Assembly: GCA_964016885.1 (NCBI GenBank)
Contig: OZ024760.1
Span: 20,398,001 to 20,462,000, forward strand
Origin: Eledone cirrhosa
Taxonomy: Eukaryota
Direction: 5' to 3'
Length of the DNA stretch: 64,000 nucleotides
Both the position numbers and the translations under genes were made by a program. This document shows positions 1 to 35,302 of the stretch, piece after piece. The first letter of the stretch is position 1, and every line of letters begins with the position of its first letter. The notes beneath the pieces were generated by a model. That model was given only the letters and a program-made list of their open reading frames with translations, was not told the DNA's origin and did no database searches.

Positions 1-1877
1 AATTAGGGCTTATTTTAATACATTCGTGATTGATATATCTCGTCAGACAATTGAATCTATTGATTATTGATTGGTTTCCTGTGATCAGAGGTATCTATCA
101 TGGAGTTATTTACAGTCCTATTGCTTAGTCTAAATAATTTATACATACTGAAATTTTTTCGAGACTTTATACTAACTACTTCTACACAATTTATATCTAT
201 TTCACAATATATATACTAATATACACATTCTCATTTTAAACGCAACATAATATGGATATTTATTTTCTAAAAAGAAAAAAAATATTTAAAAAAAATAAAT
301 AACCCCCTCCCTCGACCATCTTCAAATTTGTCTTTTCTTTAAGCACTCCATGTTTCAGTACCTACATTAATTAGTAGGTATCTACAGAATAACGCCGATA
401 ACAATGATTATGATGAGTTTCTGCAAATTTACACACTGCAAAGACTCTTAAGAAAATTTTTTTTTTTCAAAATTCTAACACAATAAATTCAATAAAATTA
501 GTATTTTTTTTCCCCTCTTTCAAAATTTGTAATTTTTTTTCATTCTCCTCCCGTCTTCCATTTAACTAAAAACCCCAAAATATATCATTCACATCAACGG
601 TTTCAATGTTTTTTCATGAAGTTTTTCTCTCACTTTTTCTCTTTCTTCTTAAATTTCCATTTTCAATTGGAAGAGCGGATGACTTTGTACTTCTTCATCT
701 CTCTCTTCAGAGATGGAGCTGCTGTTTGTAATCAGGAGAATATATATTGTTTTAGTGGAGGAAAAAAGAAAAAAAAATCTTTTGAAGAATTGTACTTATT
801 TTTTTTTTTTATTCATTTCATAATTTTCTTTTTTTTCGTACCTTGACTTAACATGTGGGTCATTGCTACTCACACATGTGGGTTATTCCTAGTTAAACAC
901 AAAAACGGGGGTTATTAAACATGTGAGTATTGGCAGTCGTTAGAGAACTGAATTAAATTTCTCAGTATCTTATCTGGCTCTATGTACTAAAACAGCAATC
1001 AACACAGTAAAATGGAGGTTCAGCCCTTGCTAAGAGGAAAAATGGATGTTAAATGATGATATAAAAAGCATCCAGTCCACCCTGTAAAGTGGTCGTGTAG
1101 GTGTCACGACAAAAAGCCCCCCAGTCCACCCTGTAAAGTGGTTGTGTAGGTGTCACGACAAAAAGCCCCCAGTCCACCCTGTAAAGTGGTCGTGTAGGTG
1201 TCACAACAAAACCTCCCAGTCCACACTGTAAAGTGGTCGTATAGGTATCGCGACAAAAAGTACCCAGTACTCACTGTAAAGTGGTCGTGTAGGTGATACA
1301 ACAAAAAGTATTCAGTACACACAGTAAATGTGGCTGGTGCTAGGAAGGGCATCCAGCTGTAGAAACCAAACCAGAAATAGTTCTGTATGTCAAGACATGG
1401 TCATCTGATCTGGCTTGTCTCACAACACGACAACTCATCTAACCCATGCTAGCATGGAAAAATGGACGTTAATCAATGATTACATAACCCACCTCCCTCA
1501 GTATATTACTGGTAAATCAACATAGAAATATGAAAAGACAAAATCAACTTCAGTAAAGTACAGGACAGGACTGGAACTAAGAAAATAAAGACAACCATGA
1601 TGTAAACCTTGGAAGAACTAAAGCCAAAGTAGATAGGTTTTATCATTATCATGATTTTTAGGTTTTATCAGTTTGCTATCTCTCTCTCAGATACTGTCAC
1701 CTACAGCTCCCATGACTTACAGAAACATTTTTACACGCTCAGTGTTGCTGAAGCATGGAACAAACTACCTGCATCAATTGTTAGCTGTCAGGACACTGCA
1801 TCCTTTAAACCTTCCATGCTTCCCGAAATTTGCCAACACTACACCTGATATTACCCCTCCATACACATGCACACATG

Positions 1878-2437
1878 TCATCATCATCATCATCATCATC
1901 AACGTTTAACGTCCGTGTTCCACGCTTGCATGGGTTTGGACGGGGGTAGTCCCACTTGAGGCAAGAGTGATTGTCTTGCTCGCATAGGACTGTCTGGCAG
2001 GTTTTCTACAGTTGGATGCCCTTCCTAACACCAACCACATTTACAGTGTGGGTCTGGGAGGTTTTTACCGTGTTGCCTACACGGCCACATTACAGCGTGG
2101 ACTGTGTTTTTTTGTCGTGACACCTACACGATCTCATTTGTTTCGGCCTGGATGGCGCGGCACCAACATAACTTTACATAGAACGGGTGGGGGTGGTGGC
2201 GGGACGGGGTGTAGTTTGTTAGAGATGCCTACTGGCAAGGCGGGTCTTCTCTGTTACTGAGTACCGCCAAAGGTCACGGTCCAGTGACATTGTCTTGGAG
2301 AGGTGTAAGTGTGTGAGGTCGGAGTTTATCAGCTCATCCCATGTTTTTCTAGGTCTGCCTATTCCGTGGCTACCGTCTATCTTTATTGCCCTGCACTTTG
2401 TAATACAGCTATCGACTTTCATGCGCATCACGTGTCC
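1878..2437 (-). mobile_element. Composite SINE-tail / RTE-fragment element; near-identical copy at ~62905-63590
   Basis: (CAT)n-CGTCCGTGTTCCACGCTTGCATGGGTTTGGACGGGG...CCAACATAACTTTACAT...GCGGGTCTTCTC..TACTGAGTACCGCCAAAGG shared; encodes GRPRKTWDELI...DRDLWR on the minus strand. Confidence 0.75.
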
Positions 2438-2438
2438 A

Positions 2439-2915
2439 CCTGACTTTTGTACATTATTTTATGTACTATACATGCACCTTTGATGAGTTGTAGTGCACAT
2501 GAGCACTGTACACAATAATTTTCATTATTATTATTATCTCCTTTCTATGTGGTTCAGCATTTTGAAATCCATTCTTACCACCTGTCCAGATCTTCTACTG
2601 TAGCTTCCTTCCACTGGTAGCTGCTGCCATTTCTTCACCCAATGACCATCCTCCATGTACATACCAGCACAGTCTTCTCTTTTGCACACTACATTTGATT
2701 CCTTTCTTATATTCAGTTTCTCCCTCTCAGTTCATCCATGCTTCGTTGTTCACACATTAACACCACACATCCACTGAAGCATGCTCACTTCATTTTTTTT
2801 TTACTTGCCTCTACTGCCCACATTTCACTACCATGCAACACCACACATCCATCAAAGCATGCTCTCTTCATGTTTTACCTGTCTTCACTGCCCATATTTC
2901 ACACACTTCTCTACC
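2439..2915 (+). repeat. Local direct duplication (~470 bp) of 6821-7450
   Basis: Near-identical composite of CR1 tail + (ATT)n + degenerate RTE fragment, with identical junctions. Confidence 0.9.
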
Positions 2916-3474
2916 ATGCAACACCACACATTACACGCAGGCAGGCATCAGATAGCCAGCCTTTTGTTGGGAGAGAGAGAAAACTTTTTACAAAAAAGAG
3001 AAAACTCGCCTGGTTTACACAAGCCCAAATGGCTTGTTGCTGTCGTTTATTTTCGGAAACATAAGAGTTATTGAAAGACATAAAATGAAAGTAAGTGAGA
3101 TTTCAACTGAAAAAGACATCAAACGACACACAGTCAGACATCTCATCAGGTTTTATATACACTCACTTTCACCACACAACCACCACGCTGGTTACTGACT
3201 GTGGTTGGAAGTCAATGAGGTCCATTATATATATATATATAAACAAAAAAAAAGGTAAAATAGTTTTTAAAAAAATTTGAATTGTGAGTGTGTGAATGTA
3301 TTTATAAATGTAATATTATATATGCTTGTGTGTGTCATCGATTATTTCCCAAATGGATGCTAATATTGATGATGCTGGTGTGATTCATGTTATCAACTTC
3401 CTGAGAACAGCCACTAAGATTTGAGAAGTTGAACAGTAGTTATCACAAATGTTACCATTACTGCCATGCTGGCC

Positions 3475-6400
3475 TCAATGTAAATCTACGTTGGTGCCAC
3501 CTATCACACGTTGAGATTCACGTTTCAAGACGTTCAGGAGAGTCTCGGAACTTTCTAAAATCTGAAAATAGAAAAATTAAGAAAACATAAGATGTTGTGT
3601 AATACTTAAGACAAAGGAACAGCAAAATTACAGTGCACCCAGTCCACTCTGTAAAGTGGTAGTGCTGTGTATATAGAAAGAGAAAACAGAATATGGCGAG
3701 TGGAAGAAAACTTTAATCAATGAAGGTTATTCTTGCAATTTCAAGAGCAAACCCATATTTAGGGCAGGTGAAGTGACGGAGCCATTTGGAAGCAAGGGAG
3801 AGAATTCCCGATCAAATGTTTTAGAATTTAAAGACTATATAGGGTTGGTACAAATGGAATTACTTCAATCATAAGTCTGCCAGATCATAAATCATCAGTC
3901 ATAAGCCTGCTGGATCATATATCATAAGTCTGCTGGATAACAAATGATAAGTCTTAAGTCTGCCAGATCAGAGAGTTTCTGGCGCTTTAACAACATCAAA
4001 TATATATACAATTATATATTTGGTCCAACCCTTTCTTGCAGGGAAAGCAGACTTTAAACTATGATGATAAATGCAGTGACAGAATTAGTTACAAACCTTC
4101 TTGTATGCAGTGAAAGAATTAGTTACCAACCTTCTTGTATACAGTGAAAGAATTAGTTACAAACATTCTTGTATGCAGTGAAAGAATTAGTTGCAAACCT
4201 TATTGTATGCAGTGAAAGAATTAGTTACAAACCTTCTTGTATACAGTGAAAGAATTAGTTACAAACATTCTTGTATGCAGTGAAAGAATTAGTTGCAAAC
4301 CTTATTGTATGCAGTGAAAGAATTAGTTACAAACCTTATTGTATACAGTGAAAGAATTAGTTGCAAACCTTATTGTATGCAGTGAAAGAATTAGTTACAA
4401 ACCTTCTTGTATGCAGTTTCTGTTTCACAAATCGTGCGATCAAATTCATTTTGGACTGTAAGCTTTCTGCTGAGGCTTTCGTTCACCTTTGACAACCTCT
4501 CTGAAAGAATGTGGATATCATTCTGAAGTTTGGCCTTCTCTTCTGCCTCCTGTTCTATCTGCCGTTTTAAAATGTCCCTTTTGTTGCACAGTTCTTCAAT
4601 ACCTACAAAAACATGAAAAAGAAACCATCATCAACATCGTGTTTAACTCGACTTTTCCATGTTGGTATAGGAATGGATGGGTGGGATGCTTTGAGACAAT
4701 GTTTTATACAGCCAGATGCTTTTCCTGGCACCAACCCTTTTAGATGTCTTTTACAACATGCAAAAATACATTGTCCCTATTCTATAAACAGAGATAGACA
4801 TGGCAGAATAAGCAGAGATCCCTAATGTGAATCAAACCCCAATGTCTATCAAACACTATCATCATTTAACATCTGATTTCCCTGCTAGCAATGGTTGGAC
4901 ATGTCTACATAGACCCTGTCAGTACTGAAGTGGGGCTACTGACCTCCCAGACAGGCCAAGGGGTCCGCATCCTGCTTACATACAGTGATAACAAATGTAG
5001 ACGGGAAGTTGTCGTGTCTTTTGAAATTATATTGTAATGAGGTCCTCAACTGACAATTCTCTAAGAAGATCCTCTGGAATATATCAAAATCATTTGATAA
5101 AATAAATTATAACGACCAACAATCAGAAATCAATGTGAAATATTTCTCTAATAAAAACTGCCTCAATTTATCAACACACTATCTCCAAGACAGGCCAAGG
5201 GGTCAGGCCTGTATCTCATTTTACCAAGTGTACAGGAAAGGTTGTCATGCCTTTGACACATCTGAGGGTCCTCCCAACATTTTGTTTGGTGAAAGAATAA
5301 ATTAAAGAACCACCACAACTCTAGGACACTGTAAATATAACAGACAGACTATATATATATATATATATATTTATATATGTAAAAGGTAAGCAGAAATAAC
5401 ACAATTGGTACAGTATATGGAAGGAATATATTAGGTTAACGCTTGAAATAGCAGGGAGAGGGTCTTAACATTTGGATGCTAGTCCTTCATCAGAAGAATG
5501 AGAAATTAGAAAGATTGGACGGGTGGGGTGGAATTGGAAAAAATGTTTTTAGAGAAAAATAACAGGTCCATTTGTGTTGCCATCTCTTGGAAAACTGTTG
5601 ATGCTGGCGTTTTGTGTATGATATACTTTTTTAGAAAAATGGATGATGGAGCAAATCCTCCTGGTTAAGAGACTATGCCACATCTCCGCTTTTTCCTCAC
5701 TCTTGGAGTGTCTGTAAAATATATAAAGTCGCTCTCCAATTTTGGGAAAATTGTACCAAGGGCTCTGTGACAAAATAAGTTTAAGCACCACAACTTATCT
5801 AGAATACTGTAAATATAACAAACAGATGTCGTGTTACCTCCGTAACTATGTGTGTTTGCACTCTTTATGAATTATCCCCTGTGATTATTTGATGTTTATT
5901 TTATATATATAAGGCAATCGATTTTTAATTTAATGTTAATAAAAGCTCAGATTTATTCCTTAGAATATTTGAGCTTATTCTACAGGTAGTATGGTGCATG
6001 CTTCTGATATTCTCAGACAGGACATCTTTAATTTAATTTTGGTAGTATATATATATGTGATGCACATCGAGGATGACTGCTGGGTGAAGAAGTGCCAAGA
6101 AATCCCAGTAGAAGGAAGACCATGAAAAACATGGGCGGAGGTGGTGAGAGCAGACCTCAGATCGCTGAAGCTCACGGAGGAGATGACAAAGGACCGTGAC
6201 GAATGGAGATGCTGTGCTTAATAGGACCCTTGCAAGCAGGGAAAAGCGGATGTAAAAGGATGATGATGATCTATATTTCCCTCTAGATTAAGCAACTATG
6301 CCACTTTGTCTTCCCAGCTGTTTCTCCTCACTCTCAGAATCATCGAACAGTACCAGACAGAAACATTAGATTCTTTTTTCAGTAACTAAACTTAACCAAA

Positions 6401-7995
6401 TATCTCTCTTAAGAGCTGTGTATAATTATAACAATCGCCAAATTTCAGATTTTAACTTTGGATATTTTGTTTCAGAATATGGTGAAGCAAGTAACTGACT
6501 TGGTTGACACCCACAACATTATTAACCATCTTTCGAACAATAACCCTGATCACCTTTTTGAATTCCATGTGTCTAACACCCGTGGATATGCTTACAAAAT
6601 CAGAAAACAGCACAGCTCCCATGACTTTCAGAAACATTTGTTTACGCTCAGTGTTGCTGAAGCATGGAACAAACTACCTGCATCAGTTGTTAGCTGTCAG
6701 GACACTGCATCCTTTAAACCTTCCATGGTTCCCAAATTTCGCCAACACTACACCTGATATTACCCCTCCATACACATGCATCTGTGTGTATATCATGACT
6801 CTTACAGTTCATTCACTTTCCTGACTTTTGTACATTATTTTATGTACTATACATGCACCTTTGATGAGTTGTAGTGCACATGAGCACTGTACACAATCAT
6901 TTTCATTATTATTATTATTATCTCCTTTCTATGTGGTTCAGCATTTTGAAATCCATTCTTACCACCTCTGTCCAGATCTTCTACTGTAGCTTCCTTCCAC
7001 TGGTAGCTGCTGCAATTTCTTCACCCAATGACCATCCTCCATGTACATACCAGCACAGTCTTCTCTTTTGCACACTACATTTGATTCCTTCCTTATATTC
7101 AGTTTCTCCCTCTCAGTTCATCCATGCTTCGTTGTTCACACATTAACACCACACATCCACTGAAGCATGCTCACTTCATGTTTTTTACTTGCCTCTACTG
7201 CCCACATTTCACTGCCATGCAACACCGCACATCCATCAAAGCATGCTCACTTCATGTTTTTTACTTGCCTCTACTGCCCACATTTCACTGCCATGCAACA
7301 GCACACATCCATCAAAGCATGCTCTCTTCATTTTTAACCTGTCTTCACTGCCCACATTTCACTGCCATGCAACAGCACTCATCCATCAAAGCATGCTCTC
7401 TTCATTTTTAACCTGTCTTCACTGCCCACATTTCACATACTTCTCTACACATATGTCTGTGTATGCCTGTGTATATCATACACTGTTCACTAACCTGACA
7501 TTTGTACATTAATCTATGTATCCTTTCGAGGTCGATAAAAAAAAGTACCAGTCCAGTACTGGGGTCGATTCGTCTTCTATAGAAAAATCAGATGTGTTCA
7601 GACTTGGAGAGGGTTGTGCTCCGCCCTAGGCGCGCCGTTTGACAGTGCTTCTACGACTCGACAAGGAGTCTTTATCCTTTTATTTTATCTATATACTATA
7701 CATGCACCTTTGATGAGCTGTAGTGCACCTGAGCACTGTACACAATAACTTCATTATATAAATGGTGTGTGTATATAATAGTGTTTATATAACGGTGTGT
7801 TGTGTCTATGTGTATATCATGACTCATACACTGTTCACTTTCCTGACTTTTGTACATTTTTCTATGTACTATACATACACCTTTGATGAGTTGTAGTGCA
7901 CCTGAGCACTGTACACAATAATGTTCATTATATAAGTACTTACATTTGACAAGTTCATTGTTGTATGTTTGCAGTGTAGCACCTTGAAGAGCCAT
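3475..7995 (-). CDS. SSNA1: Sjoegren syndrome nuclear autoantigen 1 (NA14/DIP13) microtubule/basal-body coiled-coil protein, 3 coding exons, 112 aa
   Basis: Exons 7995-7944, 4602-4403, 3561-3475 with GT-AG introns and consistent phases. Translation [36 protein letters not shown]...[32 protein letters not shown]...LH* matches recalled human SSNA1 ([23 protein letters not shown]...[30 protein letters not shown]). Confidence 0.95.
4072..4417. repeat. 34-bp tandem repeat (~10 copies) overlapping the SSNA1 exon 2 donor
   Basis: Unit GCAGTGAAAGAATTAGTTACAAACCTTCTTGTAT. Confidence 0.95.
6490..6915 (+). mobile_element. CR1/L2-like LINE 3' fragment (copies at ~1705-1875, ~23090-23330, ~38465-38945 +; ~35510-35990 -)
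   Basis: Encodes ...[39 protein letters not shown]...; the 'TRGH...FF..RV...WNxLP' motif is typical of CR1/L2 ORF2 ends; conserved 3'UTR ending in (ATT)n. Confidence 0.8.
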
Positions 7996-8583
7996 TTTTT
8001 AATATTTTCTCTCTTTTGTTGTTATATACCACAGCACAACAACCGAATCAATCACTTATAATAGCGCATAGAAATAAAGATGCAGAACAAAAAACTAAAT
8101 TTATATTACGAAAATTGGCCCCCGTGCAGTGTAACGACGGCCATCTTTTCCGTCAGTAACTATGACAACAATGGCGGCATCATCATCGTCTACAGCTGTG
8201 TGTAATTGTTGTTTACAAAATAGATTTCACTTAATTAAATAATAAACTTAGATAGATTTATTTTTTACCTCTATGACGTATATTTTCGAAATATATTTTA
8301 ATATATTTACACTGTATATATTTTTAACCGTCCAGGAAAACTTTTGCGCCAAAATATTTTGACCGGAATTTGTTTCCGGTTTGGGCTGTAAATATTTTCT
8401 GCGGATCACCAGATGTTTGTTTTACTTCCGGTACGAAGTATATGTGTTTTTACTTTCCTTTCTACGTTGTAATTAATTAATTAATATATATCAGTTTATT
8501 AAAATGTAATTGTTGAAAGTGAAAGTGAATTTATTTCCTGTGGAATACATTTGTTTTTCGTCTTTTAAGACTGGAAACAAAGA
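7996..8583. promoter_or_regulatory. Compact bidirectional promoter/5'UTR region of SSNA1 and DHX16
   Basis: 588 bp between divergent ATGs, repeat-free and locally CpG-richer. YY1-like GCCATCTT (~8140) and ATGGCGGC (~8171); X-box-like GTAACTATGACAAC (8156-8169); CRE-like TGACGTA (~8274); E2F-like GCGCCAAAA (~8346); ETS cores CCGGAA/TTCCGG (~8363, ~8374, ~8426). Confidence 0.7.
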
Positions 8584-32480
<23,897 letters not shown>

Positions 32481-32710
32481 CTGAAACAAAACAATATATA
32501 TGTGTGTATGTATGTATGTATGTATGTATGTATGTATGTATGTATGTATATTGTATGATGTGCTCAAATGCAGAGATGCTATAAAAATAACTTATGAAAT
32601 AGGGTGAAGACACTTAAAAGATGGGAAAAGAAGTTACTATCAATCACTATGACGAATTGAACCCCATATTTTCCAGATACTGGCTTGATAGTAACTTCTT
32701 TTCCCATCTT

Positions 32711-32925
32711 TTAACCCTTTAGCATTTACATTACTCTATATTTACTATTAAATTTTCACAGTAAAGGTTTCACCTCACATAATATCAAAGCTATGAGATT
32801 TTGATATTATTTATTTTGAGAACAATACCTTAACATCAGTATGAGTGGTTGGTTATGGCCAGTTTGAATAGAAAGAGGTGAGATAATTCTGGACAGATAC
32901 AACAGGTTTAAATGCTAAAGGTTAA
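32711..32925. mobile_element. piggyBac-like MITE inserted in the palindrome downstream of the DHX16 stop
   Basis: TTAA at 32711-32714 and 32922-32925; TIR CCCTTTAGCATTTA / TAAATGCTAAAGG. Confidence 0.85.
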
Positions 32926-34673
32926 GAGTCTTCACCCTATTTTATAAGCTATCTTTAAAGCATTTCTACGCTTGAGCACATCCCCTATGAATATATATAT
33001 AAATATACATGTAAATATATATATAAACGTGGTTGGTGTTGGGTTGGGAAGGGCATCCAGCTGTAGAAAACCTGCCAGACAGTCCTATACGAGCAAGACA
33101 ACCAATCTTGCCTCACGTGGGACAATTCCCGTCTAAACCCATGCTAGCGTGGGAGATAGACGTTAAAGGAATGTCAGCTCTCCCTGCTAAAAGTTCAATA
33201 AACAATGAATGCAGACATGACTGTGATTAAGAAGCTCACTTTGCAACATGGTTTGGGGTAGATGCCATCATGTATATATATACATGTATACATATATATG
33301 TGTGTGTGTATGGGTCTGTCATGTTTGTGTCTGCTTATGTTGTGTAACTCAGCAGCCTGATACAATTAGTTGAAATAAAAAGTACTGATGTTGGTCTGAT
33401 CAACTAAACCCTTTCAAGACAGTGCCCCAGCATAGCCACAATCTAATGACTGAAAACTGTAAAAAAAACATCCAAAAATTCTATTGAGGATATTCTTTTT
33501 TTTTTTTGCTAAAATTTAAAAAATTTCATCAAAAATAAATTTATATTTATTTATCTTAAAATGTGTTGTTATTTTGGGGGGGATTTTTTTCTCTTTTTGC
33601 TTTCATTTCTTTTTTAATTAACCTCTTCAGAGCCGTAGACGAGATAACTCATACTAATATGTTTGAACTCGTTTCCAAAAGTTCATAACTTTAATAAATG
33701 TTTGTTTAAATCAATAGTCATTTTACTGAAATAAAAAGCTGGCACAGCAACTGTTGCTGTGTAAAATATACACGGCAGTCAACAAGTTAAAAAGAAAATT
33801 CTTCTGCTCATATGGAACTGTATTTTAGCTGGGATTTTTACATCAGTGTAGAACAGGATGGCATGGTTATTAGGAGGGTTTGACCAGATGGCCGTGCCAT
33901 ATCTTGTACAATATCGGGACCGTTGTTGTGTTTTGGGATCTGGGTGGTCCCATGATAAGGAAGGTCTGACCTGTTGGCCATACCACACCTTACTTATAGT
34001 GGAGCCCTGGGTGGCACCTTTATGAGGAGTGTCTAGCCAGTTCACCGCACCGTACCCTGCTCATATTGGAAACATAGTTTGGGAGCTGGTTGGTGCCTGT
34101 TGGCTGCACCAAGCCCTACTCATAGTGGAGCCATGTTACTAGGTAGTCGTGTTTGAGCCAAGTCTAGCTAGATGGCCACGCTATACCTTGCACATATCAG
34201 GACTGTTACTGTGTTTTATGACTAAGTGATGAGTCTTGTTACTCTGGAGTTTCCCTTGGGGGTGCAGTCAGTTTTTTTTCTAAATGTCACATATGTAAGG
34301 TTATAATCTCTTAACATCCTATAATGGTTTATCAGAAAATATTTTTAAATGGTTTTGTTAATTCAAATGTTTGCAATAAATTTATTGGTGACAGATCATC
34401 GTGAAAATTTGCAGTAAACTAGGGTAAAGATTTTAATATTTATTGTTATACAGTCATAGTACAGTTTTGTATTTTTCAAGAATGTCTTGTTAATATTGTT
34501 TCAGGAGGTTTGTTAATTCAAATGTTTATAGTATCTTTACTGGTGGACAGATTGTTGTGAAAATTTACAGTATTAGAGTAAAGACTTTAATATTTAATGT
34601 GATGAAGTCATAGTGTTGTTTTGTATGTCTTTTAAGAATGTCTTGCTAAAGTAGTTTCACGTGGTACTGTAGT

Positions 34674-35271
34674 TTAAGAGGTACTTTTTGGACAGTTCCA
34701 GTCATCAAAGGTTCTCTCAATGGGGTGGATGATCAAACTCATGATAGTTTCAAAGACGGTATAGTAGTCTTGATCAGCGTTCAGATGAATTGACCTTTTG
34801 CCATAGTGGTCCGACAGGGGATCTTCCGTAGCACGGAAAGTGGCCACTCTGACGTTGACCATTTCCTTTGTATGTTTCGGGTTTGTTCTCAGATGAGTCA
34901 TTGTCTCCAAAGTCTGCGGAGGATTGAAATGAAGGTGATGCTGTTGCCCAGTAAATAAGTCTGTCCTCAGAGGGTTTAATCTCTCCATTATGGAGTCCAG
35001 GGATATGTCCAGGAAAAACACCCTGAAAAAAAGAAGACAATAGTGGAGCAAAGGGAAGTGAAGGGAACATTTATTAGTCATATATATAACAAAATTTAAT
35101 ATTAATATAGAAATAGCTTCTACAGGACTAGAACTGCTTCATTCGAAGGAAATCATTGAGTAGCTTAATGTGGTTACCCCCAATTGAACCTGAGACTCAC
35201 ATATATTTTTGAGCATTTTATCGGGCGATGACAATGCTCGAACACGAGTTTGCAGCTATCATATATATATA

Positions 35272-35302
<31 letters not shown>

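Noticed and set aside
4072-4417. CRISPR-like regular repeats (also 20622-20898, 39362-39645, 50315-50990)
   Set aside because: Head-to-tail tandem units without unique spacers, no cas genes, eukaryotic context.
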